This document shows positions 15,001 to 30,750 of a DNA stretch of 64,000 bases, one piece after another; the first letter of the stretch is position 1; every line of letters begins with the position of its first letter. Both the position numbers and the translations under genes were made by a program. The stretch is taken from contig CM082582.2 of the NCBI GenBank assembly GCA_040954595.2, forward strand, positions 9,973,483 to 10,037,482, given 5' to 3'. This stretch comes from Balanoglossus misakiensis. Its lineage: Eukaryota; Animalia; Hemichordata. The notes beneath the pieces are model-generated. The model was not told where the DNA came from, made no database searches, and saw nothing but the letters and a program-made list of their open reading frames with translations.

Positions 15001-18000
15001 AAGAGTCTCTTGGAAAATAAAAAAAATAAAATTGTTATAAACTCAAATGGACTCTAGGCTGAGAGGCGGTCGTAAATAGCGGGGTTTTATGCATAATGGA
15101 CAGATTTTTCTGAAATTGAAAGACAAGATGTTGTCATAATACACAGATGTAATGCTCTTTATACTGGAATTCTGACCTCATCTTAAACCCACATGTTTCC
15201 AAGTACATAAAAACGGCCTTTTTAGAGACAGCTGCCATTTCAAATTGACTGTGACAATTGCTACGGAGAGAAAGCTGAGTGAACATGTTAAAAAGTCTGT
15301 CAGGTTTCATTATTCCGGCTTTTCCATGGAAAATATAAAAAAATGGTTTTGTGTGTCTTCCTAAAGAGATGATGATGTACAGATGATAAATGCAAGGAGA
15401 TTTCTTAAGGTTCTGTCCGTTTGAAATGTCTACAAATTCTGATTTAATTACAGACGGTTTAATTCTGAATTTGAGAGATCAACAACATTCCATGAGATCT
15501 CAATGTCTGAGTTGAAATGTCAAACTCTGAATACCTGTGTATAAACTTTTAATTTCCCGACACCTTGACTGAATGCAGCACCGTATACATCGATACGATT
15601 GTTCAACAAAAATGCCAAACCTTCATTCCCGTAAACTCAACATCGTGTCCGACTTGTTCTGAAAATTGAATTTGCCACACAACATGCCAATCAATCGTAG
15701 CAACCCCTGTTTTTTATCAAGTAGATATTGCAGGTTTATACACTTTAGTTTTCAATAATAACGTGTCCTTTTGAAATCCCACGGGGATGCGAAATTCAAT
15801 GGGGCAGGTGGGTTCGCCGTTTGTATGCATTTGCTGAGTGCATCCTGATGTGTACGCGCCGTACGGGTATCAGTGGCGGCGGTGAGTTACGTATCTCTGT
15901 TGCTTGTTGTCTCTTCTCGTCGACGTGATCCGCCATTAGTTTTTGACAACTGCACTTTGGCGAGTGAGCCCGGGATTACATCTGTCAGCCTTCATCTTTT
16001 ACCCCGAGAAGACATGATATGGAATCTGCATCACTCTTTGGGCAGTCGAGAGTAAAAGTTTATAAGAAAAAGTGGGGGTTCAGCGAGTGTATTGGAATTG
16101 TTTCTGCTTGTCTAAGTCGGATGTCTTAAGACTGTAAATGTCCTGTGGGGACAGGCTTTTAGATGGGGTGGGTCACTGCTGAGCACTGTTAGAGAGTTTT
16201 AATTTTGACAAGAAAACAAATGTGGCTATATACAGCACAGAATCCGTCTCCCGTAAAAGTTTTCATATTTCAAATATCCTTCTGTTTATAATCGTTAGAC
16301 ATTTTAACCTCGCGTTGTGATCATATATTTTACATGCTTTCAGTGTCAAGGGGTAATTTGTACAAAAAACTTTAATTCTGAAGCACAAGGCACTCAGAAA
16401 GGTCACTTCAAACTCACTGTAGGTAATTTGTTCTTAACCATCCAAGATCACTGGCCATCTTTGCGTGACAGTCTTCTGAATAACACATTGGTGAAATTCA
16501 GGCGTTTTTTTTTTAAGTCGGAGAACAAAATAAAAGATTGAAAGCCTGGAGTGTGATATGGAACCTAGCTGACAAATCATGTGTGAAATTATAGATTTCA
16601 GGCCCTGAGTGAGATATTAAAAAGTTCGGTTCCCCATTACCTCTGAAGTACTGTTCTTGACAACTTAACAACGGAACATAAATATATTAGATTCTAAGTT
16701 GAAATTGACGTATAATAACTAATTTGTGTTTGTTACATTATGGCTGCACAGACTGTCAATCACTCTGTCAATGGGTCGTCACTCAATTGTTGTCATGTCG
16801 ATTTCCCCAGCGACAGTGATTCCTTCAACCTCGGTGCATTCAATCGAAGCAGCAGTAATCTTAACCATAAACAAAAAAAACATATTGACAATAAAATTGG
16901 TTAATTTAGGATGGGGATTCATCGTTTTTGTTCCCATTTCCTGAGCCATGATGTTGACACCGCATCAATGGCATCAGATCAGATAAAAAAAATTATTCAT
17001 GACGGCAACCAGAGATGTTATATGGCAGTTAAGATTGTTGCTTTTTATTCAATGAAAAGGCCAATTCAACGTGTTTTTCCACAAGTTCACAGCTATACAG
17101 CGTCGTCATGTCATCGCAAACTCAGTTCAAGTATCATTTCAACTTGTGCAACAAACAGATTTTGCACCCCTCTGTCAGTAATGTACATGTACACAACATA
17201 CAACAAGTTCATACACTTCTATATATACATGTATGTCCATGGACATTTAACTGATGTTTTTTTTTATGTCCAGAGCTGCTGTTCAACATGTGTATGAACT
17301 GGAACACCGTTAACTCAACACGATGCATTACAAATGCATGTCAATTTATTTTGCCAAACTATATGCAATATGGCTGCCTGATGGCTCTACACAGGATAAA
17401 AAGATGAAATAAAAGGGCCGTATGATAGCATGTATGATTAATTATCTGGTGCAATTCAAGATCAATGACTTGAACCATTTTACACAGAGAGATATGTATC
17501 AATGTGTCGTATAGTTCTCGTACCAGTTCAGTAGTGCATTCAGATGCTGCAAACTGGTCAGTGCAAAAGACACATCAAGTTTACATTTCAAGTGTACAGT
17601 TACGCACGTTTATCTCGCTGTATGCATCAGACATGACAGACAGGCAGTCAGTTGTGTTCTAGTCAGCGGGGACTGTATCATTGATAATGATTTCTCTCGA
17701 TTCTGTTTTTGTCACTTTCTGTCGCACTCTTTCTCAAAATTCTAGTCAGCTGTGTGATTTTGAGTCTTTGGTACACAGTGATGAAGTGTGGAAAGTATGT
17801 CTTGTTTGAAGTCTAAAAATATTCTCCAAAACCACTTGTCAGACAGTTGTGATATTTAGTGTACATGTAACAGGTACTCAGGGATGACCCCATTCTGACG
17901 AGTGCAAATTGTGATGAAATGTGCCATCTTGAATCAAAAAGTACTTCTGTAGCATTCTGTTTTTCAGCCCGGCTTTTAAGTTATTTATGCCGACAGTTTT

Positions 18001-21000
18001 ACAGCGTTTGCAAGTTAAATAAGATTTTATTGAATGTGCCATCAGGTGCTTTTTTTCCAAATATAAAAACTATCACTACTTTGGCTGAGCCAGATAGAAA
18101 ATATCATGCTTTATAGGACCGACGTACGACCAGTCCCTGACTCTCGGTCGATAGTCACTACACTGCCTCCAGTTTATTGTTTCTAGTTGAACTAATTGTT
18201 TGAAAATACTTGTTTTGGGCTATTGTGAAAGGGAGTTTAACTCCTTCATGGAGGAGGCTTCTTTGAGTCTGTTGTCTTGTGTGATTGCTCGGTAATTGTT
18301 TGATTATTTATTCATGCCATATTGAGTCATTTATTCTGAAGTGTACCAGGGAAAAAAACACTTCACTTAATACTGCGAGTAATTACAGTATCAGAGCAAT
18401 CCTAGCAAGAGAGAGAGAGAGAGTGAAATAAAATTAGCTACAGCATCGTAAAGTGGTTGAAGACTTTTACCTAAAGCATTTAATTCATTGGCAACAATCA
18501 AAGCAGCATATTTACACTGGCAGTTTATCAGGAATTGATTTTCAGGAACAGATTTTGGTGTAAATCAATTATAAAGTGTGTTTTTATTTTCCACAGGAAC
18601 AATGGAGGCTCCCATATTGCACCTGATTCCCATCTTTGTTTAACCTTATATTGGTGCAGTGCCCCCAGGGAGACTTGTAATTGTCATGTTAAGAAATTAA
18701 TTTCTGTGTCAGGGCTATTTTTTGTAATTCACTAATCAAATGAGAGTATTGGTTGAAAGTGAATTTTAGGATAAAAGCCCACATTGCGTGAGTAGCGTTT
18801 TGTCTGATGTTTTTCGGTTGAAACTTTCAATTCAGAGTAGGTTTGCTATTAAAGAGCGTTAAATTCTGTCTTGAAACTGCAACTGCGCAATGTATTTCTC
18901 GACAATTAGGATATAATACTGTCTCTCTCGCTGCAAAGAATTGCTGAACTGGTTGCCGCACACTTTCAGAGAAATCACAGATTTCCCAGTGTGAGTGGGC
19001 TTATCTGGAAACAATCAGGACAATCTGTTATTATTTGCGTTCAATGGAGTTCTGAATAATGAAAAAAAAAGCTTTCAAACTGTGATCAAAGGGCTTGAAG
19101 CCTTCTCAATGTGTCAGTGGAATCCTGCAAACCCCCGCTGAACAAATGGGACTTTCCTGGGGCTTCCCTTTTGAATGGGCAATTTGCATCACAAAAGTCG
19201 AAGCCAATCACGTGTGTCACGTGACCCCCAGTCAGCCAACCATGACCGCGGTGGCCAGCTACATATTCATGACCCACATGTTAGTGTTTGTGTGCTTCTG
19301 TGTATAAACTACAAGTTGATGAAGTGATGTGAGCTGGGCATCCACGCTGAACATTGATGAGCTGCTACAAATACGCTGGGATTTCAGATTTGCACAACAA
19401 GTAGTTCTGGATGGGAATCCTAACATTTCTGGTATGTGTACTACACACTCTTCAATTAACGCTCTCACGTTTCGAGATTTTCCCGTGTCCGTTTCTCCCA
19501 TCGTAAAGGGAAATATACAACGGGGCAACGTACACTGGGTTCACAATATTTGTGTCAGTGCATATCTACCATCAGTGAGTTTCCCCGCTGTATTGTGTAG
19601 TTCTCAACAGAGCTGTTTGTACTTTAATTGTCATCTTTGTGTAATATTAGTGACGGCACACGGGTACCCCAAAGGTTGCCAGTCTCTCTATTCCAAAGTC
19701 TATATTTATGTTGGAAATACAATATTTAGAGAGATTCCCATTGTTATTTTCCTCTTGCCCTTTAAAAACTTAATATTATGGACCTTTAATCCAGTCCTCA
19801 TTACATGTTGACATTGTTTTTTTTAAATTTTTATATGTTTTTTTTTAATTATTTAATATTAAGTCAGCCCTCTAATTTTGTATTTTTGTTTTTGTTTTAG
19901 TATTTGCTCATTTTATTCAAGTTATTGTACAAATAATATATATGGATTAAATAATGGGAGACTGTATATAAGGACTACTGTTTTGTGGATGAGGATTGTA
20001 CAGGTTTCAAGTTTGTGTCATTATTTTTTTAATCAAAAATATTCATCTTTAAAACCTCACCTGTGATTTGGCCTTGACCTTATTGTTTTTTATCAGTATT
20101 TAACAAATATTTTACCAGGTGTTAGGTTACTGATTGCATAACCTAACAGTTTTGGTGTCAAATTACTTATTTTTATATTTTTGTTGATAATCATCTTTAA
20201 TTTTCAGCCAGGGCATTTTCTGATGATATTTTTAAAACTTATTTTATTTCTAAATTAAGCAGCTTTCAAAGCATTGGATGACCATGACAAGTTTGTAAAT
20301 TTTATGACACTATAAATAAATAACTATAAATAATTTAAGCATATTTAATATTGAAATGTTCCGTGATGGACTGTAAATTTCACTTCAAAAACAAAGATTT
20401 TCATTCTCAAGAGAAAATTCCCCCGTGGAACAAATACTTGTCTATCAATTATTGTCTGATGAATCATCAAGTTTTTATTTGATTTTTTTAAGTGTGTGTG
20501 AGATTGTGATTAAAGTTGTTAGAGGCTTGCAGTTATTTTTTTCATATTTGATAGTTTTTCTTTCAATTCAGTTTTGTACATGTAGGAAAGGTGATGAATG
20601 TTGAAATCAGCATTAATACAGAACTGTTAGGAAAACTTCATGTTTTAGAGCTTTTTTCAATTTTTTTAATGCTTACTAACTTGCAAGAACATGTTAAGAA
20701 AAGTGTGCATGTTTTCAGGAATAAGGATTGACTCTTTTCATTCGACTCTAAAATCAATCATGGTTTTGATGTTATACAGATGTTGCAGCTGTACTTGTCC
20801 TAATGGCTAGTATGTAAAATGTCATTTCTGCTTATCCTCAAATGTCACTCCTCACTTTATTCAAACTGGTCGACTGTGAGTCAGGAAACATTAGCCGGGT
20901 GAAATAAAGAAAAGAAAGCGCGAACACCAGAAGGCGCGAGAATGTAAATTAAATTTTTCTTTTCTGCATGTTTTTTGTGGGATTTTTTTCTTCAGTCTGA

Positions 21001-22739
21001 CATGATTCAGTTGAAGAAAAACTGTTCAAGAAAAAGGACAGAGCAATTTTCCGATTAAGAAACCATTGCAAGAATTACCGTTTTTTTTCCTGAGATTACA
21101 GAAAACCCACAAAGAAGTATACAAACATCCTGAGCATGGCGCAATTACATAGTATTCAGCGAATGAACAGAAGTGTCAGGTTCCAAAAGAGTATTGTTTA
21201 ATTTTTTCTTCTTGTTGACTGTGTTTCATATTATCAGACCGAATCTGTTCTGACAGGTAATAATACAAAAATTAATTAGAATGGCACATACAAGACTAGT
21301 AATCTGTACGATTCAATCTCTTTCTGTTATAACATTGACCCCTGGTGCCCCCCTCGTATATCTATCAACGATGAACTGTGCAAGCGTGAGAAAGTATTCT
21401 GTGTGTCAGGATGGGGGAGAACAGAAAAAAAACATTGGATGATTTCTGCAGCAATGTGCGATCAAGTCTGTCGGACGAGTGCTTTTGTGACGTGCGCGAA
21501 CGCTGTTTCATTCAAAAGCGAATTTTTTTTGTCAAATATATTTTTGTAGCTCTCGTAAAACTAACAGCCTTTGAAATGATGTGTGATGGATGTCACATCG
21601 AACCGTGCCGGATCGTGATAATACTGTGGTTAGAAGTACATCGGTTTGATAGGGTGTGCTGCACACAATAGTGATCAGTCAAGGTGTTCGAGGTGGTACT
21701 TCATTTTTTTTTACAAGTGCCATAATTTTAATGTATAACTAGCAAGAAGCTTGTCATTTGTGCCAGCGGTAATTTTCCTCCGCCTGTGTACTCGGAGCTT
21801 CAATTTTTTTTTTTAAATCTAAAAAAAATTTCATCTGTAATTCAAATTTGTCCTTTAAAAAAATTAGCGCCTTCAGCACACCTGACTGCATGCAAAATTT
21901 CCAGCCTAAAATTTAGCCGATCAAAGTCACAAGTGTCGAAAGATTTTCATTGAACTATTTAGCGTGTCTGCAAAGGGACAGTCGCAGAAATCACACTTAC
22001 CATTAAGTGTGATTACCCCACTGAGTATCATTGATTTCCTCTGAGGAAACCGATATTTGTTGGTGTGCCGTGTAGTGCGCGAGAATCCCCCGCGTTCTCC
22101 GTTGAAAATCGCCACAGGTCGACTCATCGATTGTCACGCTTGTGTTCAGTTTTCAATCTCATTCTCGGGTTAGCACATGCCGTATGGCGCTCTCTTGGTA
22201 AGCTGATTTCAAAGGATTTTACTGTATTGGACGTGGAATTATTTTATTGCATTCCGATGAGTGTTATTTTATCGTGGGTTTTATTGAAGCAACAATCCAT
22301 TTCAGATTTATGCGATATTAGTAGGAAGTGGGTATTTTGTATTATTTCATGCGTAGTGTGTGTCAAGTAGAATAGAAAATTTACCTTCAAGCCTTAAATT
22401 CTGATCTGTTAAATAACAAGCAAAGCTTAAGGAAATTGTTCAATTTTGTGAATCCAGTGTTTTCATGGCATTTAACTATCTTTTTTAAGTTTATTCCTTT
22501 TGATTTGGTTTGTAAATATGTGGTATTATACGACAGGGTGTAAATCAGATCAAAGTAATTGGCTCTGGTGATTTGCCTAAAATTGTCAACTCACTGTGCA
22601 AGGTTGCTAATTATAGAAATAAATATAGCATTCGTAAAAGACTGAAAAGTGAGAAATCCTATTTGAGAAGGAAAATAAATTGTACAAGTGTTACACGGTG
22701 CTCTTAGCTTTTCACTTTACATGGTGCCAGTCTGATTTA

Positions 22740-23356
22740 ATAGCTGTAGTACCATGTCTGGCTAATCAGCGTAACAGTTTCAGAAACAAATACCACACAT
22801 CTGATTTTCTGTGCGCAGTGGCATGCAGTGTAGGCCACTGTGCTGTATAAATGTTCATATTTTATTAAATTTCTGCAGATAGCGAGGCGTCGCACTGCAA
22901 TCGAAATCGCAGTGGTTATCACAGGCGCGGCATAGCTTCAGGGAGTCCGTGTCGGGATAAGAACAAGAAATTCCATTTTGTGCTAAGATTGGGTCCCATT
23001 GGAGGGCTATCAAAAATGTTGAGCGTTGTCTTGCTTCTGAGCATCCTGCAGTACAAAAATGGCCAAATAAGATGATCGCTGCGATAGTTCGTTGTCTCTT
23101 TGAAACCAAAGTATGCAGCTGTATGTGTTTTTGAATCTTTTCTCATTTGTAGTATTTGCTTGTGATGCACCTCAAGTATTTTTTAAGCTGATTACATTTT
23201 ACTTCCTGTATGTGTTTGCTCTGATGGTCAAGGCCAACCATATTTCTGATAAAGTTGTACAAGTACAGGTAAATGAATTTTCTACATTGACAACTTAATA
23301 CATTTCTGGACAAAATAAATTTTCACTATCGAAAGTTGAGGTAATTGTCCCTTTAA
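22740..23356. mobile_element. Possible truncated TTAA-terminated non-autonomous DNA transposon
   Basis: The right end reads ...GAAAGTTGAGGTAATTGTCCCTTTAA (reverse complement TTAAAGGGACAATTACC...), resembling TTAA-target MITE termini. The interior is more CpG-rich than the flanks. No matching second TIR was found and the left boundary is uncertain. Confidence 0.25.
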
Positions 23357-26300
23357 TGTATATTTTAACTGCTTTGGAGAACAAACATTCTTGTGCACAG
23401 ATTTTTTTCTGAAAAACCAAACTTTTAAAATTATAAGACTCGGGTCGCTCTACAATTGAATACTACTATCCATTTCCAAGTTGTAATTTCCTCCTGAAGT
23501 AAACTGTTAAAGTTCACATTCCGTTTTGAAAAACACACACACGCCTGCGTATGGCTTTTAGGGGAAAGCACGCAGTGAGCTTTCGCTGTAGTTCCTGCGG
23601 TCATCGCCGTAAAGTGGATGAAGACTGGCAGTCGAGAGAGAGAGAACACGTTCTCCCATCAGTGTACAGCATCATTGTTGTTAATGTTTTTGACAAATTA
23701 AAGAGGCAGATGGTTCCCTTAAATAGTATATTCATTTTAAGTGCCCACACACTGCTTTTTATGTAAAAAGCTTCTCCTAATAATTGCTTATATCTGACCT
23801 TGACCCCCTCCCCATGCTCTGGGTCAGATTTAGAGATTTTAGATATGTCAGATGATGACCCTAATTTCTTCGACATTCAAGCATGATGTTAATTTTAGAA
23901 GATGTATTCTCCACTCTGCTTTAACGTATTGTGTGGGTTTTTTTTCTTTTCATCGCGAGTGCATTTTACATTGTATCTCAAAATTTGTGAATGCGTTCAG
24001 GCAGTTTTCCTTTGATTTCATTGCATTGGTTTGTTGCCTGAATGAAAAAAAAATTGAAATATTGAAAAAGGAAATATTTGCGCAATGGATACAGTTGACA
24101 TCGTGCTGATGAATGATAACCCAATGATGATGGAAAGGGGTAGGTTTCCTGTGATTAGCTGATGGAAGATTGGGGTCAAATGTCAGATCAAGAAATTACT
24201 GGCAAAAAAAAAATATTGCTTGTGAAGTTGTATATGTGTGTGTATTTTGCCCAGTCGCTTTTATGCTGGGCTGCGTAAAGAATTGATAATGGCAAAGGGA
24301 AAGTTTGTATTTGCGATTTTTGTAATTGTGGCATCATTACCTCAAGAACATCAAGGAACGTTGGGAAAATCATGCACGCACATGCACACACACACACTGT
24401 CACAAACACATGCGTGCACACGCATGTATCTGTCGAAAGCTATTTCAGCAGACAGTGATCAGTTGCATTTAGGCAGTACAGGGCAATAGATAAAAAGTGC
24501 AGGCAAAGGAACGTAGCAGTTTAGATATCCGTCCCATGACAGGAGTCGGTGTCATAACCGTTGTGCCGTGGCATACATGCGATATGCGTGTAATATCTCA
24601 CTAACGAAATGCCAAAGTTGTTGTAGCTATGACAACAAGTGTATTGCTGTGACAGGAGGGTGTGAAGAATGCGTTGTAGAATGTGTCGCAGTAGAATCCT
24701 TGCATTCTTTGGGAAATTTGTCTGATTGTACCAGAACAACCAGAATGAAGCTCGTTGGGCTATCCCAATTATTCCAGGGTTAATCAGTTTTTAGAAATCA
24801 CCATTTCTGGTATGGCACAAATGCACTTGATTTTACATGTTGTATATGCTTGTTATCATAAAGTCTCAAAAACATAATACTTAGCCTGACAGATGAAAGA
24901 TAATATGGAAACCATGACAGTTTCTGCACATGTATTCTGTAATTGGTCACGTGCAAAAGAAAATTAAGAAAGAAAATCTGTCATATCAAATCATTTCCAG
25001 TGTACAGTATCCATATAGCCATGTAGATAGATATCCCTGGCTGGATTCTGTCTGCTACTTTGAGTGTCATTGAGATTAGTTAGGATTTACTTCAAAATTC
25101 TCTCATTAAATTTCACTTGCAAAAATTCATGTGATTTGTTTGTATGGAAAGATATATGTGTTAAATCTTAAATTGCATAGACTGCATATTTGACTCAGAA
25201 ATAAAATCTCTTTTTTTTATATTTTACGACAATTAAACAGAAATGCTAATTTCGTTTTGCTGCATCTGCGAAAGTATTAGCGGCAAAATATTTGCTGGTT
25301 GTGAAATACTTCTGGGGAGGGGGAGAGAGGGCTGCAACTGTCGGACGATTGTTTTTATGTACTTGCTAACAAGAACCCCGGAGGAAGGAAATGGTGGTGT
25401 TTATATGCGGTGGTGTGTCTGTAGCTGATGTTTGAAATACATCGTATGTCATCAAATGAAACATAGTAACAGCTGCACCAATTTAAAGACCTGACATCAA
25501 AAAACAGTAAAAGGCTTTGAAAATTGATGACTATATTTCAGAAATAATTGTCTCATTGTGATCAATCTAGTGTCTGTCAATTTATCCAAAGACTGTATTA
25601 TAGTAAGTGCATATGGATCGTATTAAAGTCATCTATCAAAAAAACCTCGGTTTCATTCATTATTACAGCCGAGCCCTGTCTGACTCGACAGTGCAAATTT
25701 GCCGAGGTATATAGATTCTCAACATTTGCGCTTGCGTTGAAATATGACCACACTGCCCACAAGGGCCCAGAAAATGTTAATGTGACAATATTAGAAAATA
25801 TTTTTTATGGTTTTCTTTTCCATAATTGAAAAGACAGGAAGAATAATTGCCTGATGTATGGTTTTGTTTGGAATGGGCTTGATTAGAAATTATAACACAC
25901 AATGATTTGACTCTAAAGTAATGGGTAAGTACGGGACAAATTCAGCACTGGATAAAAATTTACGACCTGGGAATTCGTGGCGGGAAAAGTTGTGGGCTTC
26001 GCATGGTTGCCTCTTTGGACTTCGAAGAGATGAATAGTAATTGACAAGCTGATTTGAAGTTGTGGTTTGTGTGCTTCTTCCTGCTTGTTGAGTAATTCAC
26101 TTTGATTTGAAGGAAAGACCTGCCAATTGTGAAAGAGATGAAACCCCCAGAATAAACTGTAAGTGCAAAGCTATCAGTCAGAAGACGATCACGACAGTGC
26201 TACATGTACACGTAGACAGGAGATCATTTTTTTAACACAAAGATGTGTATATATGTTGTGCTTGCAGAAAATGTTGTTTTCTTCTTCCTTGTATGTTTCA

Positions 26301-29300
26301 TGCGTCGATTAACTTGAAATCAAACATGCTTGTTGCGCGACTCATGTACACGTAGTCATTCAAACAGAATCGACTTTTACTATAGTTAATTTCTGATACA
26401 TTATAGCCAAATTTGCATAATATTGCAATTAATTAATATGGTAATGGTTCTATTGTTTTCCCGGAAATAAAAGATTTTGGCCAGTACTTTTTTAATAATT
26501 ACCCCTAACACTGACCTGCGAACACTGCGTGTAGATCAATTTTGTACGACTGCGTAGAAGAATTTGGCACATGCCAAAAATTACATGATCAGCGTGTGTG
26601 AAAATTTTGAGACTAAAAGTCAGAAGGGAATAAAAAAAGCAACATGTTTCTATAAGCTGAACACCACAGAGAAACTTCCCAAATAAAGCGAAGCTTCTAT
26701 AACCAAAATAATGAAAATATTGTAGCTCTGTTCCTTTACAGTGTATTCTTTTGTTGTGTTTTTTCAAAGGATTCAGTTCTTGAATAGCTCATAACACTTC
26801 AAAGCATCGCAAAATTCCAGATTCATCCATCCATTTTTCTCCGAACCAATATTTGATTAGAGTTGGCGCAAAAAAAAAAATAATAATCAGTTGAATAAGA
26901 TAAACCAGTTTTTGTTCTTTTTGAATGAACGCTGTGTGGAGGATGCATGCAATTTCAGTATGTTGTGAAGTGTTGAGAAAAAAGATAAGTCTGCAGGCGA
27001 TGAGGAGAGGGTATTAACCATGAATATGGCTTCTGTGTATCACAGTATTGCAACCTGACAAAACCATCCCTCCAGAGCTCTCCACTTTAATGTCGCCTGA
27101 GAGACAATGAACCTGCTCTGTGTACTAGTAAAGCGCAATCCAATTTCAGATATTAGCTCTTAATGCTGCAAGAAAGCGAGAAGATACCTCTCGACAGGAA
27201 ATTTGATTTTCATTAATTTTCCAACAAGTTGTTTGGATTATGGCTTGTAGTGTGGGGAGAGAAAACTCTCACAGCGGGCATGTTTAGTTGTCGGTTTGTA
27301 TAAATTGTTTTCCCGTCTCTTTTTGTCAGTTTTGGTTGCAAACCGCAAAATGTGCATTTTGTTAGCTTTTTGTAAAAAAAGAAGAAAATATCTATATATA
27401 GTTTTGTGAAAACATCTCTGTGTTTACAACTGTAAATAACCCATTCATAGCTTTCAATAAAGCTTGGTTGCAATAACATCAAAGGCAAGCAAAATTGTGT
27501 TCAAGTCTGTCCGATAAATCTGGACAATAAATATCAAGTATGGACACGAATGTTTGAAACAAGCTCATGTTTGACATGTGTGCAAACGTTTCTCATTACT
27601 GTTTTCAAACGCGCCTATTCACTCTGAGTCATTCGTGTTATGCTTGAACTGTCAAAACTTGTCAGAGTCAATCAACACATCTCCCTAGCAAATAACCACA
27701 ATTTTTCAATCATAATAATAATGGCCGCATTGGCTGCAGTCAGGTGACATTGTCAATTTCCCCTGCGAATTATTGCTGCTTGATGTAAACATGTGCTGAC
27801 GAAGGCATCTCGACTCAGTAATTCGGAGAGGAATTCCAATTTCGTCCTACATGCAGTAAAGGAAATTGCTTGTATATTGCTATTTATGTGCCTTTTCATC
27901 GTTGAATTGCACAAGAGGACAACTGCGAAAGAGAATGTCTATTTCATTGAAGTTAAGTTAATTTTGACACAATAATGAAGCTTTTCCCTATTGCATTTTC
28001 TCCCCGACCAACACTGGAGATAGAAGAATGGAGTGGAATTCACCTGAATAGGAAAAACCTTTCAGTATGTTCTTCACGGTGTGGCGAAAATAGAATTGAC
28101 GTTCTCCCTGGAATTGTGTAATGACAGTTTGATTCATGTACTTTGATCAGATCTGTTACACTGTCAAAAGCTTTAGAAGTGAAATTATAAACCTGTGTGC
28201 GAAAGCAGTTTCAACCATTCAGGTTTTAATACTGACATGTTTTTCAATATTACCTGTCATTTAAAAATAAATTCTGGAGATATTTGCATTTTGATTGCTG
28301 CTCAGCTGTACCTTCAATTGCAATTAAGTTCAATTGTTTTACTGATAGTTCGATTTGCATTCTAACCAATTAATTGATTTGCATTTGCATGAATATGTAA
28401 TTTAAAAAAAATTGAATAGCACAGTTGATGCTGTAACTAGCGTATCTGTGAATAAAATGTCAGCGTGTAATTTACACACACCAAGTTGACATTTGAATTT
28501 TACTTCACACCAGTTAATGGAGTACTACCTGAGACATTTGAAGGTCAAGTGTTTTATGTTTGATTCCGAGAGAGGGCATTTTTGCGAAATATTTCTGCAC
28601 GTTCACACTTTTCCAGAGCAACCGATATACAGTCATGTATGTCCAAATTTACACAATCAGAGGAATTTTTTTAACAAGAGTAAAAATAGACAAACGCTTT
28701 TGATGAACAAAATGACAATGGAGTGTGTGTATTCCTTGTTATTAAATCCATAGATTAAAGCAAATATATTCAAAAAGGATATTCTCGAAACGTCAGCTAA
28801 AACAAACATTAATATAGCTGTGCAACTAACAATGGAGAGCGTATATATTTGATGGAAGAGAATTAGACAATTGTTATGTAAATTTTGGCTATGTGTAGTT
28901 TTAGAAGAACTTGCTGTTTTGCTGGTACATGTATTTTTGTCATAAGGGTAGGATGCTGGGTGCTGATAGAGCTCTGCTGTGTTATTTGGCCCAGCATGTA
29001 CGGAAAAGCAATTATAATCATACCCATCCATATATTCCATTAAATGATAGGTCAAATATCACATTTAAATGGCCAGTTGTGATAACAAACACAGCACAGA
29101 CAACCAACAAAGTAGTCAGAAAAAGTCAAATCCATGAAAGAAAGGTGTATGGACCTGTTTCGAAAATAGTGAGCAGACCCTGCCCCGCTTGTAACTGCCA
29201 ACCCAAAGTCACGAAACTAATAGTTATAGCTCTCTGTTTGGCTGTCATTTCTGATAAACAAGAGTTGTTTTATGTGCCTAAAGTGGCTCTGAGACTCTGT

Positions 29301-30709
29301 CGTTCTCAAGACAGTGCGGAGGAGGAATAACCTCACCAAAGTGACTGTGCTTTAGTCATCTCTGCAGCAACACCTAGTCCCATTCACCCTGATTTGCCAT
29401 CTTTAATGTAATAATAGTGAGTCGGATTATGTTTGACACGTTGTTTTATAACACATGTAACTGTATCTGTCCCCGTGGAACGCCAACATTATTACCATTA
29501 GTTTCCAATTTGACCCGGGTCAGCGGCGGATCAGCCCGCAGTCCTGTCAATTTATCAAAGACGAATCAAAAAGCTGACAAGTGGAGTCCAAGCACAGGGA
29601 AGCTACTGAACGTAATTGATATCATCTATTACAGTGAGTTCACCGAGAGGAAAATTAAGACTGATGCTTCTGAGGTTTTTCGAGTAAAGTGAACGTCACA
29701 GCGAGAGAGAGGAAAAAAATACGCGCAGAATGATCAACAGTAGGGGCTGTCATCCCCAATTGGAAATTTACACGCATTATTTATGGAAATAATAAAAGCT
29801 AATATTCCCGGGTATATTAATATTTATATTCTCCGCCACCCACTAGCGCTTTTCTGAGCCACTGAACTGCAAGACTATGCTAATCATGGGAAAAATGAAT
29901 GGAAAAATGACATATGGGGTGTTAAAAGTTTATTGCCTGTTAGAATAGTCATTGCAAAGGTGCCACACCACGCAGCAGAGTTTTATTGTTAATAAAAGTT
30001 CGCAGATTGATAGCGAGGTGTTTTTTATGAGAATTGGCCAATATTGAAATGAAATTACCAGAATCGCAGCAGATTACAGTTTGGAGAGGTGGAATTGCTC
30101 AATCCAGTGTAAAATTGAATGATTATTAAAAATCATGGACATTGTTGGGACCATGAAGAATCTCATAAACATATTCATCATTTTCTGGGAAAGAGATGAA
30201 ATCAGGTTACTAATTGAAAGTGATATCGATAAATGTGTTATCACATCGGGAACAATGTGTGGGTTGTCTCTTATTTGAGGGACAAATCGATGTTAGGTTT
30301 TTTGAGTTTTCATCAATTCTATACATTGGTATGCGTCGCCTGGAATTGTTGCGTTTTTCCATTGAGCATGCACAGGTGCACCTGCAGACCTCCTTTCCCG
30401 GAGCAGCTTTCTTCCCTTTGATGCCTGTTAATTGAAACAGTAAAAAAAAGGGACCACTACATCAAAAAGTCTATTTTTTTTTCAGAAACGTCCTTTCAAA
30501 ACGTATGAAAGAGGAGCTCGAAATTTATTGTGATTTGACGTTGCTGCTGCCAATTGTCGCGGCGCTTTTCAATTTTCGCCGCCATTGTTGTTGCGTTGGT
30601 TTAATGTTTCTACCAATAACAATCTGTCATGTTTCGTTTTTGTTTAGCTTTCGAAATTGAAGGCGGTGTGGCGCATTCAGCGGGGGAAAGTAGCGGAGAA
30701 TTCATGTGT

Positions 30710-30750
30710 AACTGTTGTGAAAGGGAACTGTTGTGAAAGGGAACTGTTGT
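30710..30750. repeat. 16-bp tandem duplication (AACTGTTGTGAAAGGG x2.6)
   Basis: Exact copies at 30710-30725 and 30726-30741, plus a partial third. Confidence 0.85.
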
